A stretch of 64,000 nucleotides of DNA from Mobula hypostoma. Its lineage: Eukaryota. Under the pieces are notes generated by a model, which saw nothing but the letters and a program-made list of their open reading frames with translations, had not been told where the DNA came from and ran no database searches. The stretch is taken from positions 98,458,001-98,522,000 of the forward strand of contig NC_086107.1 of NCBI RefSeq assembly GCF_963921235.1, in the 5' to 3' direction. The position numbers and the translations under genes are program-made. This document shows, one piece after another, positions 1 to 13,100 of the stretch. Within the stretch, counting starts at the first letter, position 1. Every line of letters starts with the position of its first letter.

Positions 1-985
1 GCATGCTGGTGTCCCTCGATAACGAATACAACATCCTTATGTTCTAAAAACATGATCACTCTGCATTCTATCAGTGTTCCCATAATTTCCTCCACATTCA
101 CTGACCTTTTCTTCAATGTAATAATCCCTCATGTTCTCTGACCTTTCCCTCAATGTGTATTGAAGAATGTCACCAGTGATACCACCAATTACACTGTTAT
201 GTCCATGACCAAGTCTCTGGAAAAACTAGTGGATATGAAAGTCTATTCATCACTCGAAGCAGACATTCTAACCCTTTTAGCAGAGACTCCAAAACTCAAA
301 ATTCGTCAGGTTTTTATCTATTAAAATAAATGTTAATAGTCGGTGACTCAATACAATTTCAGTAATTACAATGACATCATTTACTTTAATATTTTGTGAC
401 ATTGAATTACACATTTACAGTGGGAGCACATTATAACTGACAAGGTACCTAAGGAGGTTCAAACAATTTTGCTGGAACAAGCTAATTCACACAGAGGATC
501 TAAAAGCTTGAGGACAGAGAACCCAGTTGTCAAGATTACGTTCCAATTATTGATAGATCAAATATACCTATGACCATGTTTGGTATGCAGAGGGACAAAA
601 TGTATTCTGGTCTGGCATCCCTCCTCGATCGCTGAAAGATGAGTGCAAAATAATTTAGCTGTAGGTGCCTTGCTGAATGCAGGCCAATTAACATAGCCCC
701 ATTGCCTTATGTTTGGCTGCTGCAGACAAAGATGGCTAGTGTTCACATCACTTTACAAACCATATCTTGAGCAGCTAGAGCATTGCAAAGGGCGAACAGC
801 CTGTGCTCTGTAGGTAGCTTTTCAGTTCAAAATCCATTATTGTTTTTACTTAACATTTCAGCAGCTTATTTTTGAAAACTGCTTGGTTCTTATTTGCGGT
901 GGCCCATATCTGACAATTCCCTAACAGGCACAAGAGGCATCTATTGTCTGTATCTGCTTTAACTGTTGTTTCTCTCTCATTTCAG

Positions 986-1129
986 CATTCAGATGAGGAG
1001 CCCAAATTGCTGGAACTTCAACATTACCCGGGGTTCAGCGCATTGCAGCCCACCCCTCTGCCCAATGAGACTTCACTGGACCAGATCCTGGATAATGTGC
1101 TAAAAGCTCGTGGTCATTTGAAGAAACAG
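986..1129 (+). CDS. FAM227A: FAM227A exon, HSDEEPKLLELQHYPGF...ARGHLKKQ (144 nt, phase 0-0)
   Basis: Pyrimidine tract ending ttcag at 985; donor CAG|gtcggt at 1130; YPGF..PTPLP motif of FAM227. Confidence 0.85.
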
Positions 1130-4100
1130 GTCGGTGTTATCTCGCTCAACAATTCCTCCTCAAGCAGGTCACATGCATTCTGGTCTGCATGGGCCGGAAC
1201 CAGGTTCTAGTTATAGTTGGGTTGATTAAAGTGTGGAAGTTGAGGCAAGGCAACAAAGTTTAGTGAAAGAGCGGGGATTTGAAGGCTCTACCCTCCTGCA
1301 GTGGAGGAGGAGGAATGTGGGGCAACGCCGTGCCCACAACTAGTAGAGCTTTTGCCTCACAGGGCCAGAGACTCAGGTTCAATACTGACCTCAGGTTCAA
1401 AGGTTCAAAGTACATTTATTATCAAAGTATGGATGCAGTATACAGCCCTGAGATTTGTCTTCCCACAGAAAGCCACAGGACCCATTCAAAGAAAAATATC
1501 AAAAGCCCCCACACGCAAATGGCAAAAAAAAGAGTGAAAAACACAGAATACAAAACACTAGTTCACAAAGTCATCAAAGGAGTCCCGGCATATTCAGTTC
1601 AGTTCAATCTAGCGCTGTGTCATTCATTAACTTCAAGCCACAGATCCAGCCGCCCCAATCAATATCACGCAAAAAAGCACCAAAAGAGGAGTGACCAGAA
1701 ACCAGAAACACATCATAACATGAACTACTGAGTCCAGTCCACAAATGCATCTATTAAAACTTGTCCAGGACCCAGACTCCCGCACTTTCTCCCTGCCAAG
1801 AGGGAGAGAGAAACCATTTGAACACGGGGAGCTTCCTCCGAGAGCAGCATACGAGAGGGTCAGAGAGACCGGACAAACGCAGACAACTTTCTCCAGGAAC
1901 CGCGAGCGAGAGAGAGAGAAGCCATTCGAACGCAGGTAGACGGCACTGAACACACACCCGCCTTCCGCTCTCGCCCTCGACGCTGAGATCGGCGAGAAAT
2001 GGTGTCAATCACGGGCTCACGCACCCCCATCTCCAAGCTTCTTAGCCTCGGGGCCAGTCACTGTGCTCGAAACCTTCCCGAGTCCTCTCAGAGACAGAAA
2101 GCAATTGGCCTGATAACACACCATCAAAGTGTAGGTCACAGGCTCCAACAGCAGCGGAACCACATTTGAAGATAAAAGAAGACATTAAAAAAAAATGAAA
2201 GAAGTTGTTTTTGTGAACTGTGCTGCATGAATGGAGTTTGCATCTTTTTCCTGTGACCTCATGAGTTTATCCTGAGTGATCCAGGTTCCTCCCACAACCC
2301 AAAGCCGTGGCTTGGTGGGTTAATTGGTCACTGTCTGTAAGTAAATGGTAGAATCTGGAGAAGTTTGGGGGAATATAGGGTGGAAAAAATGGTTTCAATG
2401 TAGGATTAATGAAAATGTGTGGTTGATGGTAACCTTGGACTCAATGGGTCGAAGGACCTATTTCCAGAAATCTCTCTATTATACTGACTAAATGGAAGAA
2501 TGAAGTCAAAAGTATAATTGGAGAGCTGGCACAGAACAAAGGAGGGTAAAGGGAGGGGTACCAGGAACAATAGTGAGTCAGATTTAATCAGGGACTGTTC
2601 AATTGAACATGAACACCAACTTTGGGAAGGATGCTAGGCTTTAGAAAGAGAGAGCATGGGATTAGACTGAAACTTCAGTATGGAAACTAGAGGTCAGGGT
2701 TGTGGAGAGCTTAAAAGGTTGGGGTGATCTCCAAAGCATCAAGGGGAGATGTGCTAGAGTCTAGTCAATTGAACTGGTTAGCATTGGAAAGGTCATGTTG
2801 AAGAACTTGAGACTGAAAGGTGGAGGATTTAAGCAGCAGTGGGATGTGGAGACATTGGTATCCAGCATCAGATGGACATGCCTAAGAGTGTGAATGAGAA
2901 AATCATGTGAAGATGTGTGTCTTCTAGTTATCAAAGTAATGGATACGGCCCTGTCCATCATATGTAAAGCCATCCCCAGCATTGAGCATATCTACATGAA
3001 ACACTGTCGCAGGAAAGCAGCATCCATCATCAGGGACCCCCACCACATGGACATGCTCTCTTCTTGCTGCTGTCATCAGGAAGAAGGTACAGGAGCCTCA
3101 GGACTCACACCACCAGGTTCAAAAACAGTTATTACCCCTCAGCCATCAGGGTCTTGAAGCAGAGGGGATAACTTCACTCAACTTCACTTAACCAGTCATT
3201 AAAATGTTCCCACAACCAATGGACTCACTTTCAAGGACACTTCATCTCATTTTCTCGATATTTATTACTTATTTATCAATTATTATTTTTCATTCTTTCT
3301 TGTATTTGCACAGTTTGGTGTCTTTTGCACACAATTTGAACGCCCAAGTTGGCGTGGTCTTTCATTGATTCCCTTATGGTTGTTATTCTATGGATTTATT
3401 GAGTATGCCTGCAAGAAAATGAATCTCAGGTTTGTATATGGTGACTGTGTACTTTGATAATAAATATACTTTGAAGTTTGAATAGCCTGCCTGTATAGAA
3501 TCTATCAATACATTAATGTTTTTGAAAGTCTCCAGTATATCTCCCCTTTAATGTTTTATTCTCTAAGGAGATCAAGCCCAAACTCTCCAGCCCCTCCACA
3601 TGACTAACTTCTAATATCCATAATATCCCGTTCTCTTTCTGAAGTCTAACATCTTTCTAAAGTTAGTATTCCAGATTATTCAGATTGGTTAAAGCTACTG
3701 TATGTTTGAAAGATATAGTAAAGGAGGGAACAAAGATGGAGGGATTGAAAGAACAAACAAGAGAAAATTTGCAGACGCTGGAAATCTGAGCAACACACAC
3801 AAAATGCTGGAGGAACTCAGCAGGCCAGGCAGCATCTATGGAAAAGAGTACAATCAACATTTCGGGCCGAGACCCTTCATCAGGACTGGAGAAAAACGAT
3901 GAGAAGGCGGGGGGAGGGGTGGAAAAACCACAAGGCTCTGTCCGCCAGAGAAAGCAGGATCTCCCAGTGGCCACACATTTTAACTCCACGTCCTATTCCC
4001 ATTCTGATATGTCTATCCACGGCCTCCTCTACTGTCAAGATGAAGCCACACTCAGGTTGGAGGAACAACACCTTATATTCCGTCTGGGTAGCCTCCAACC

Positions 4101-7100
4101 TGATGGCATGAACATTGACTTCTCTAACTTCTGTTAATGCCCCACCTCCTCTCTGTACCCCATCCGTTGTTTATTTATTATATATATATATACTCTTTTT
4201 CTCTCTCTCCTTTTTCTCCCTCTGTCCCTCTCACTATACTCCTTGCCCATCCTCTGGGCTTCCCCCCTCCCCCGTTCTTTCTCCCTAGGCCTCCCATCCC
4301 ATGATCCTCTCATATCCCTTTTGCCAATCACCTGTCCAGCTCTTGGCTCCATCCCTCCCCCTCCTGTCTTCTCCTATCATTTTGGATCTCCCCCTCCCAC
4401 TCCCACTTTCTAATCTCTTACTAGCTCTTCTTTCAGTTAGTCCTGATGAAGGGTCTCGGCCTGAAACGTCGACTGTACCTCTTCCTAGAGATGCTGCCTG
4501 GCCTGCTGTGTTCACCAGCAACTTTCATGTGCGTCGCTTGAAATTCCAGCATTTGCGGATTTCCTCGTGTTTGCGAGGTGAAAGGCGAAACTGGGAGGGG
4601 GGAGGGGTGACGCTGGGAAGTTAATTGGTGAGAGAGATACAAGGCTGGATACAAGGGGAACCCCCCCCTTTCTTCCGTGGCCTTCTGTCCTCTTCTGTCA
4701 GTTTCCCCCGATGGGTGTATCCTGTCTTTATTTCAGGTTTCCGGCAACTATAGTTTTTGTTTGTTTCTTTGGGAGAGTCTTGGGCCTAGAGGAGAGGGAA
4801 TGACATGAATCTGGATGCACTTCCCCACAACCTTCCTCCGTGAGTTCCTGTACTCACCACGTTAATCCTTCTTTTCTGTATTCCTACATGCCTCAAAGGT
4901 CCTATTAATACTGCCTTCTGCGGCTACCCACAATGACTTCCCACACCCCAGGGTTCCAACTACTCCAGCTATGCCTCCATTTGCCCTCCCGTGGGTGCTT
5001 CTGGATGCTTATAATCCCCACCTCTTGTGGATTCCGGTTTCAGCCCCACTGTCTCCCCCTGCCCCCAGCAATCTGCCTGAGTTACTCACAGGCAAATGTG
5101 AAATATGGCAGGAGAGAGGGCCAATAACACCTCCAGCTAACAAAGACACTGATGTTCATGAAGCTCTGACCATGTCTGGGATTCACTATGGGCTCCGACA
5201 CTGGTCAGACCCAGGCTAGGGTTCCAGGTCAGAGTCAGAATTGGGTTGTAGGACCAGGGTCTGGGCTCCAGATTGAACCCACTGTGAAAGCCAGACTTAA
5301 ATTGCAGTTCTGATGTAACTGAGCTCAGTTTGCCTCCTTGAAGCAGGACAAGTGAAGAGGACATCGGGCCAGGAATCACGAGGGTTCAGAAAGTAAATGA
5401 TATCCTGCATTAGCACACTTGAATTTTATAGTAATCTTTCCTATTCATCTGTCAGATGTGGATGGTTAAAACTGCATTCTGTTTTCCATTAATATTAGCC
5501 CTTGCCTGCACTTTTCTTGCTGCCTGCCCCAGTTCCCTGACTGGTTTCCCCCGATGCTTAATTCTTAAACTCACTCTGGCTAACACCAACTGTTGTCTCC
5601 AATGCAGACCGGCTATATTGCTGACTTTCAGCAGATGCTCAGCTCCCCAGTGGTGCAGGACATCCTTCTAGACAGCTTCTGGTGGTTTTTCCTGCATGAG
5701 CAGAAGGTGAGATTGTGCTGTAGCGAACGTTGGGTTATTTTTTTTACACTGCGTGCTGCTCACACCATTCATCCATACAGTACGGTGCACAAGGTACATA
5801 TATAGCTGGGGTGCCTAAGACTTTTGCACAGTACTGTATTTGTCAACGTGGAACAGAGAGTAAGTTTGTAAATCTGGTGGGAGCAAAGGATGTTGGGAGT
5901 GGCAAGGGTAGAGTGCCGTGGGAGGGGTGTTTGAGCAGGTGGCAGAGAAGGAGTGCCAGGGGGCGGGGTGTGGCGCTGGTGTAGTCACACCCAGTCCTGA
6001 GACACCAGGCAAGGTCATTTAATTCCAAACAATCGGTTTATTGATCATTACAGAATGTCTCTATATTGCTTCCCTCTCCCTTCCCCTTTTCCCAACCATG
6101 ATTCCCCTCTCCCTGCCCCCTTCCCACTCTCAGTCCACAATCGAGACCCATATCAGAATCTGATTTATCATCACTCACAGATGTCATGAAATTGTTTTTT
6201 TGCGGAGCAGTACAGTGCAAAACAAAACATAAAGTTACAACAGTACTATGGAAAAGTCTTAGGCACCCTAGCTATCTCTATCTATCTATATATCTATAGT
6301 TACTACATATCTGTAGTTACTGTGAAGGTTTTACACAATGCTGCAGGGAATCTGACTATGCTGTTTCTCTGATGCAATGCAACAGATTCAGGATTGTTTT
6401 TAATGTCATTCTCAGTACACAAGTGTAAAAGAGAATAACATAATTGTACTCCAGATCTGATGAAGCACAATATGATAAAGAACTCAATAATTACAAAAAC
6501 ACTATAGCTACAAATACATAAGATAGCTTATGTACATTGATTGCATGTACAAAAAGTGACACGCATTTCATCAGGACTGAAAGGGTCTCGGCCTGAAACG
6601 TCTACTGTTTACTCTTTTCCATAGATGCAGCCTGACCTGCTGAGTTCCTCCAGCATTTTGTGTGTTACTCTGGATTTCCAGCATCTGCAGAATCTCTTGT
6701 GTCATTGAATGATCCATTATCTTTTGCCACTGCACCAAATTTTATTCCATAATTCCCCTTTCCTCTGAGCCCCACATCCTTTTAACTTTTCGACCAGCCT
6801 GCTGCTATGTGTCATCAAGTTGTACCCTCACAGAGTCTCCTGGTTTTGTCTTTAAAATTCACTTACTCATAAGATTCGGCCTTCTCTGTGCTGAGTGCCC
6901 TTGAGTAACCTCTGCCTCTAAATGTGGATTTCTGATCCCTTCAGGATGACTCCAACAATTGTCCTCCCACCACCCACCACCACCACTCTCAGATTGGTCT
7001 GTACCCTGACAATCTCTTTCACTGATTTCTTACCAGCAAACTCTTAGTCGTCCAGTGCCAACAAACATTGGAATGGTAGTGAGAGCCTGTGAATTTTCCT

Positions 7101-10100
7101 CAGAGTCTGGGGTGCATTTCATCTGAACCCACTTTCAGAAGTATCAGACCCTGCAAGTATACACACAGTGGCCACTTTATTAGGCACAGGAGCGGGAGTG
7201 GTCTCATAAAGTGGCCTTCTGCTTTATGTGGTCTTCTGCTGCTGTAGCCCATCTCCTTCAAAGTTCAACGTGTTCTGCATTCACCAAAGCTCTTCTAGAC
7301 ACCACGGTTGTAATGCACGGTTATTTGAGTTACTGTTGTTTTCCTGTCAGCTTGAACCAGTCATGCCATTCTCTTCTGGCCTTTCTCGTTAACAAAGCAT
7401 TTTCACCCACAGAAAGCCGCTCACTGGATTTTTTTTTTTTGTTTCTCACACCATTCTCTGTAAACTCCAGATACTGTTGTGTGTGAAAATCCCAGCAGTT
7501 TCTGAGATACTCAAACCACCCCATCTGGCACCAGCAATCATTCCCCTGTCAAAGTAACTTGGATCATATTTCTTCCCAATTCTGATTTTTGGTCTGGACA
7601 ATACTTAACTAAATCTACAATAACAAAACCTCTTGCTTTTATGCTTTGAGTTGCTGCCACATGATTGGCTGATTAGATATTTGTATTAACAGGCAGGTGT
7701 ACAGGTGTTTCTACTAAAATGGCCACTGAGTGTTGTTGGAGAATTAAGGGCCAGTGAAATTATAGAACAAGTTACAAATAAAAAGGAAGAAAGATTAGTG
7801 GGCTTAAAGATGGATAAATCCTGAAGGTCTGATGTGATGTATAGTACAGTGCAAAAGTCCTGGGCACATTTATATAGCTACAGTGCCAAAGGTTTTTGCA
7901 CAGTACTGTAGTAGTTTCATGTATTGCACTGTACTGCTGCAAAAAAAAACAAATTACATGACATGTGAGTGATGATGAACCTGATTCTGATATGGGTGTC
8001 TATTGTGGACTGAGAGTGGGAAGGGGGCAGGGAGAGGGGAATCATGGTTGGGAAAAAGGGGAAGGGAGACAGGAAGGAGTGGGAAGCACCAGAGAGGCAT
8101 TCTGTGATGTGCAGAAAACCAATCGTTTGGAATCAAATGACCTTTCCCCGGTGTCTCAGGACTGGGTGTGTCTGCACCAGCACTGTCCCCACCCCCGGCA
8201 TTCCTTCTCTGCCACCTAGTCCGCACCCCTCCCACAGCGCTCCACCCTCACCATTCCTAATGTCCTTTGCTCCTGCCAGATTTACAAAGGTCAGTGCTGG
8301 GGTAGTTTTTTTTGGGGAAATTTCTGATAGACAGGACTAGTTTACGTTCAGAAAAGCAGGATTAATCACAGATAGGCCATCACTCTCCTCCAAAAGGACC
8401 ACAAACTTGTCATTTAATTTGGAGGCTTGCGTGCGTCAATGACCCGGACAGCTGTGCTGGCTGGAGTCAGGACCTTGTGCTTTGGCTCTTAGTAAGGTCA
8501 CCTGTGCCAAACAGGTCAAAGGACAGAGGCCAGACTAAGAGTGGTCCACCAGTCCTCCAGGTTTGGGGGTTCAGCTCAGGTAAAACAAAATTGTTACGAA
8601 AACAACAATGAAGAATCCTTCTACATCTGAGTGCGACGGTATTCCTGAGATTCCTCCCGGGGCTTGCATGACTGACAGGAATGAAAACCGAGAGGAAGCT
8701 ATTGACATGAAGGAAACCCTGAACCCCACCAGAGATGGAGGACCTTCATTGCTGCCGTAAACGCCAGCGGCGTAGTGGGCAGTAGGTAGTAAGTAAGGCC
8801 ATCGCTCTCTGAGAGTGAAGTATATGAGTGGGGTCTGTCACACAGCATGAACAATGAAAACCACCATCCATTTGCCATGAAATGCAACCCCATGGAAGTC
8901 CATGAAGTTGTATTTCAGATTACAGACAAAAAATATCGTCTAATCCGCCAATATCCACCTTACTGTTGCTTAAAGCCTTGCATCTTGATTCTGTTTAGTA
9001 AGCTGGCTCTGAATTCAAGATTATTTCTGATCAAACATCACAGGATACTATGAAACCAGGAGGCAATTGATCTTCTTCAGTGCTTAAAGGCATTTCTGCT
9101 TAACAGTGTGACCTGTGTACATTGGATACATAAGTGGAAAATGAAATCACGGTGAGTGGTCCCCCCATCCTGGGAATAGTGATTGCAAATTGAGATCTGT
9201 CACTCACTATGAGGAGTGATGGTTTGCAGGTCTTGATGAATAGTGAGCAGGAGTGATAGTGTGTCACTCGTGAGTACAAGTCATGATCTGCCAATTATTG
9301 TGAATAGTGAACAGGTTTTTCACACACGTTGAGCACAGATCATGGTCTCATTCATTGAATGGTGAGTGTAATTCAAGGGCTGCCACTCACTGAAAATTGT
9401 GACCACAAGTGATTGTGAGGTGATAACTCTCTGAGGCTAGTGCGATGAGTGACGCTCTGTCACCAGTGTGTTGGATTCCTGCAACATTGGACCTCATGAA
9501 TCTTATTCCCTTTCAGACGCACAGTTCTGTGCAGTGCCGACTGTTTGATCGGATATCCAAGAATTACGTGCAGCTGATCATGGAAGGCTGGAGCTGGTCC
9601 TTCGGTGACCGTTTCCTTCAGGTTAGTTCGGACAGCCCTCCGCCATGAGCTGTGTCCATTATCAGTTTCCTGTTCATACACTAACCTAGCTGCCGCTCTG
9701 CACAATTTCCCCTAGTGTGTGATGGATGGGATAAAGTTAGAATCACCCTTCACTGCCGAAGAGGCTGCAGACTGTGTGCCCCCACACCCGCATGCCCTCC
9801 ACAAACCCTTTCTTTCACTCTTCCACAGTTCCACACCTGATTCCATGTGCGTCCCTAACTCCTCTCTAATCTGCATTGAGTCCTGGGGTCATAGAACATA
9901 AAACATAGAAATCTACAGCACATTACAGGCCCTTCGGCCCACAATGTTGTCCAGACGACGTAACCTACTCTACAGACTGCCTAGAATTTCCCGACCGCAT
10001 AGCCCTCTATTTTTTTAAGCTCCATGTACCTATCTAAGGGTCTTATAAAAGATCCTATTGTACCTGCTTCCACTACCGCCACCGGCAGTGCATTCCACAC

Positions 10101-13100
10101 ACCCACCACTCTCTGTGTGAAAAGCTTACCTCTGTCATCCCCATTGTACCTACTTCCAAGCACCTTAAATCTATGCCCCTTCATGTTAGCCATTTCAGCC
10201 CTGGGAAAAAGCCTCTGGCTATCCACAGGATCAATGACCCTCATCATCTTATACACCTCTATCAGGTCACCTCTCATCCTCCGTCGCTCCAAAGAGAAAA
10301 GGCCAAGTTCACGCAACCTATTTTCATAAGGCATGCTCCCCAATCCAGGCAACATCCTTGTAAATCTCCTCTGCACTCTCTATATAGTATCCACATCCTT
10401 CCTGTAGTGAGGTGACCAGAACTGAACACAGTTCTCCAAGTAGGGTCTAACTAAGGTCTTAGATAGCTGTAACAGGCAATAATTCCCACAGAGTTTAGCT
10501 GTGAGACTGGCACTTGTAGTGACTAGACTAGATAATGTTGACCTCTTCCACTGTCAGTCTAGTCTGTGTGCACCATATGCTTCAACCATCACTCTGCCCG
10601 TTCACCCCAAAGCACCAACTGCTCCGTCCCACCTTCATCGTCCATCCCACAGTCTGCCACCATCCATCCTGCTCTCTGAAACCCACTATCCCAACCCAGA
10701 GAGCACAGTCTGCCACCATCCATCCTGCTCTCTGAAACCCACTATCCCAACCCAGAGAGCACAGTCTGCCACCATCCATCCTGCTCTCTGAAACCCACTA
10801 TCCCAACCCAGAGAGCACAGTCTGCCACCATCCATCCTGCTCTCTGAAACCCACTATCCCAACCCAGAGAGCACAGTCTGCCACCATCCATCCTGCTCTC
10901 TGAAACCCACTATCCCAACCCAGAGAGCACAGTCTGCCACCATCTATCTGCTCCCTGGTGCTGTCCTTCCAGACCTGGAGAATCATCAATTCTGTTGCAG
11001 GCACAGTTGCCAACGGTGATGTTGTCATTTGGAGAGTCTGAAGTAGATTGATCTGAGGCTCTAAACATCCTCCCTTGAGGATGCTCAAAGGAACAATGGT
11101 GAGGCTCAACTAATTGATTTTATAACTGACAGGTTGCTGGAATCTGGATTTGACCCTTCGGATAGAGGGAAGCTTAAGCAAGCTAACATAAAAACAGAAC
11201 CAGAATATTACAGGCCCACAATCATAACCAATTCTAGTGAAGTTGCTAAAAGGAGCCATTGGATGCACTCTGTGTGTTACTAAAAATACTCAGATGGTCT
11301 AGTGGTCAGAGGCAGTTCACCAGTTACTTATCCAGGAACTTCCATTGAGTCATAGAGTCATAAGGTTATCGATCATGGGAAAAGGCCTTTTGGCCCAACT
11401 CATTCATGGCACCTACCTGAGCTAATGCCATCGTCTCACTACCTCACTATTTTTTATTGCTCCCTTTTTTGCACTAATTATTTAATTTTACTCTCCTCCC
11501 ATCCGATAGGCGCTACAGGAGCCTCCGCTCCCGTACCAGCAGGCTCGAGAAGAGCTTCTTCCCTGAGGCTGTGACCCTCACATCACAGTGCTAAGCAGTA
11601 TTGCACCCATATTGGACTGTCTCAGTACTTTTATATTTGTATGCTATAGCACTTACTTTTTATATGCAGTTATTTTGTAAATAATACTATTCTTTTGCAC
11701 TTCTGGTCAGATGCTAACTGCATTTCTTTGGCTTTGTATCTGTACTCGGCACAATGACAATAAAGTTGAATCTAATCTAATCTATATTTTATATGTGTGT
11801 GTGTATATACCCGTACTATTGTAATTTATAGTTTTCTTTATTCTGTACAACACTGTACTGCTGCCGCAAATTAACGATTTTCACAACATATGCCTGTCAT
11901 ATTGAACCTGGCTTGCCTGTACAAGGCCTATATCCCTCTAATTCTTCCTGTCCAAGAACATGTCCAAATGTCTTGTATGCATTGTAATTGTACCTGCCTT
12001 TACCACTTCCTCTGGCAACTCATTCCACATACCTGTCACCATCTGTGTGAAAAACTTGACCCTCAGGTTGCCTTTGATGCCCTGTAATTTTAGATTTCCC
12101 TGCCTTGGGAAAAAAAGCCTGTATCCTGGTTCTGGTGATCTTATAAACCTCTTCAACATTACCTGTCAGCATCCTTCGCTCCAAGGAAAGCAGTCACAGA
12201 CTTATCCGCCTGAGTCTGGAATAGTCAGCATGCCTTTGTGCTTGTCTCACCGATGTCCTAGAGCTCTCCTGAGATCATAATGAAGGCTGGTGAGGGAAAG
12301 GTAGTGGATGTTGTTTACATGGACTTCAGCAAGGCCTTTGACAAAGTTGTGCAAGTGGGGCAGGGTCCAGAAGGTTCAGTCACTTGGCGTTCGGGATAAA
12401 GTAGGAAACTGGCTTCGGCATTGGCCGAGTGGGAGAAGACAGAGCAGTTGATCTTGTCTCTGACTGGAGGTCTGTGACGAGTGGTGTGTCGCAGGGATCG
12501 GTGCTGGCTCCATTGTTGATCATCTAAGTTAATGATTTAAATGAGGACGTGGTAAACTGGATCAGAAAATTTACGGATGACACCCGGGAGGGGGGAGAAG
12601 ATGGCGGCGCGACGGCAGCGCGCGCGACCACTTCGGTGATGATATCTGTTATCTGTCAAGTAGGGGACCGTGCACAATTCTGATTTGATGGAGATAAACG
12701 CAAGGGCATGAAGGAACATCTGGAAAATTTCTGAAATGCCTGCTTCGCTGTCGCTGCTACTGTGTGGTAACCGGAATCTCCGGAGCAGAAGGCTCCGAAA
12801 TCCTCGGCTTTGCGTGTTTCAGCGGCCGGGGAGAGGTCGAAGGCGCTCGGCAGAGGATGGCGCTCGGGAGGCTGTATCGGAAAGGCTGGTCAGAAGATTG
12901 AAGTTTTCGGACGGATGGATTCAGTGTCGGCTGTGGTTGGCTGCTTCCAAGGCATCGGCAAGTTGACGGTGCCTGGAGGTTTATGGCAGGGAGTTTCTCC
13001 CTTTTGCCGCCTGCTATCGGGGACTCGGGAGTCGATCGACTCGGGACTTTGAGACTTTTTTTTTACTGTGCCCATGGTCTGTTCTTCATCAAATTATGGT

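Noticed and set aside
8520..8585. HDV-like ribozyme in the RTE-like element
   Set aside because: The nested double pseudoknot could not be built, and this copy appears internally deleted.
10648..10953. CRISPR-like array
   Set aside because: Contiguous identical units with no unique spacers, no cas genes, vertebrate intron context.
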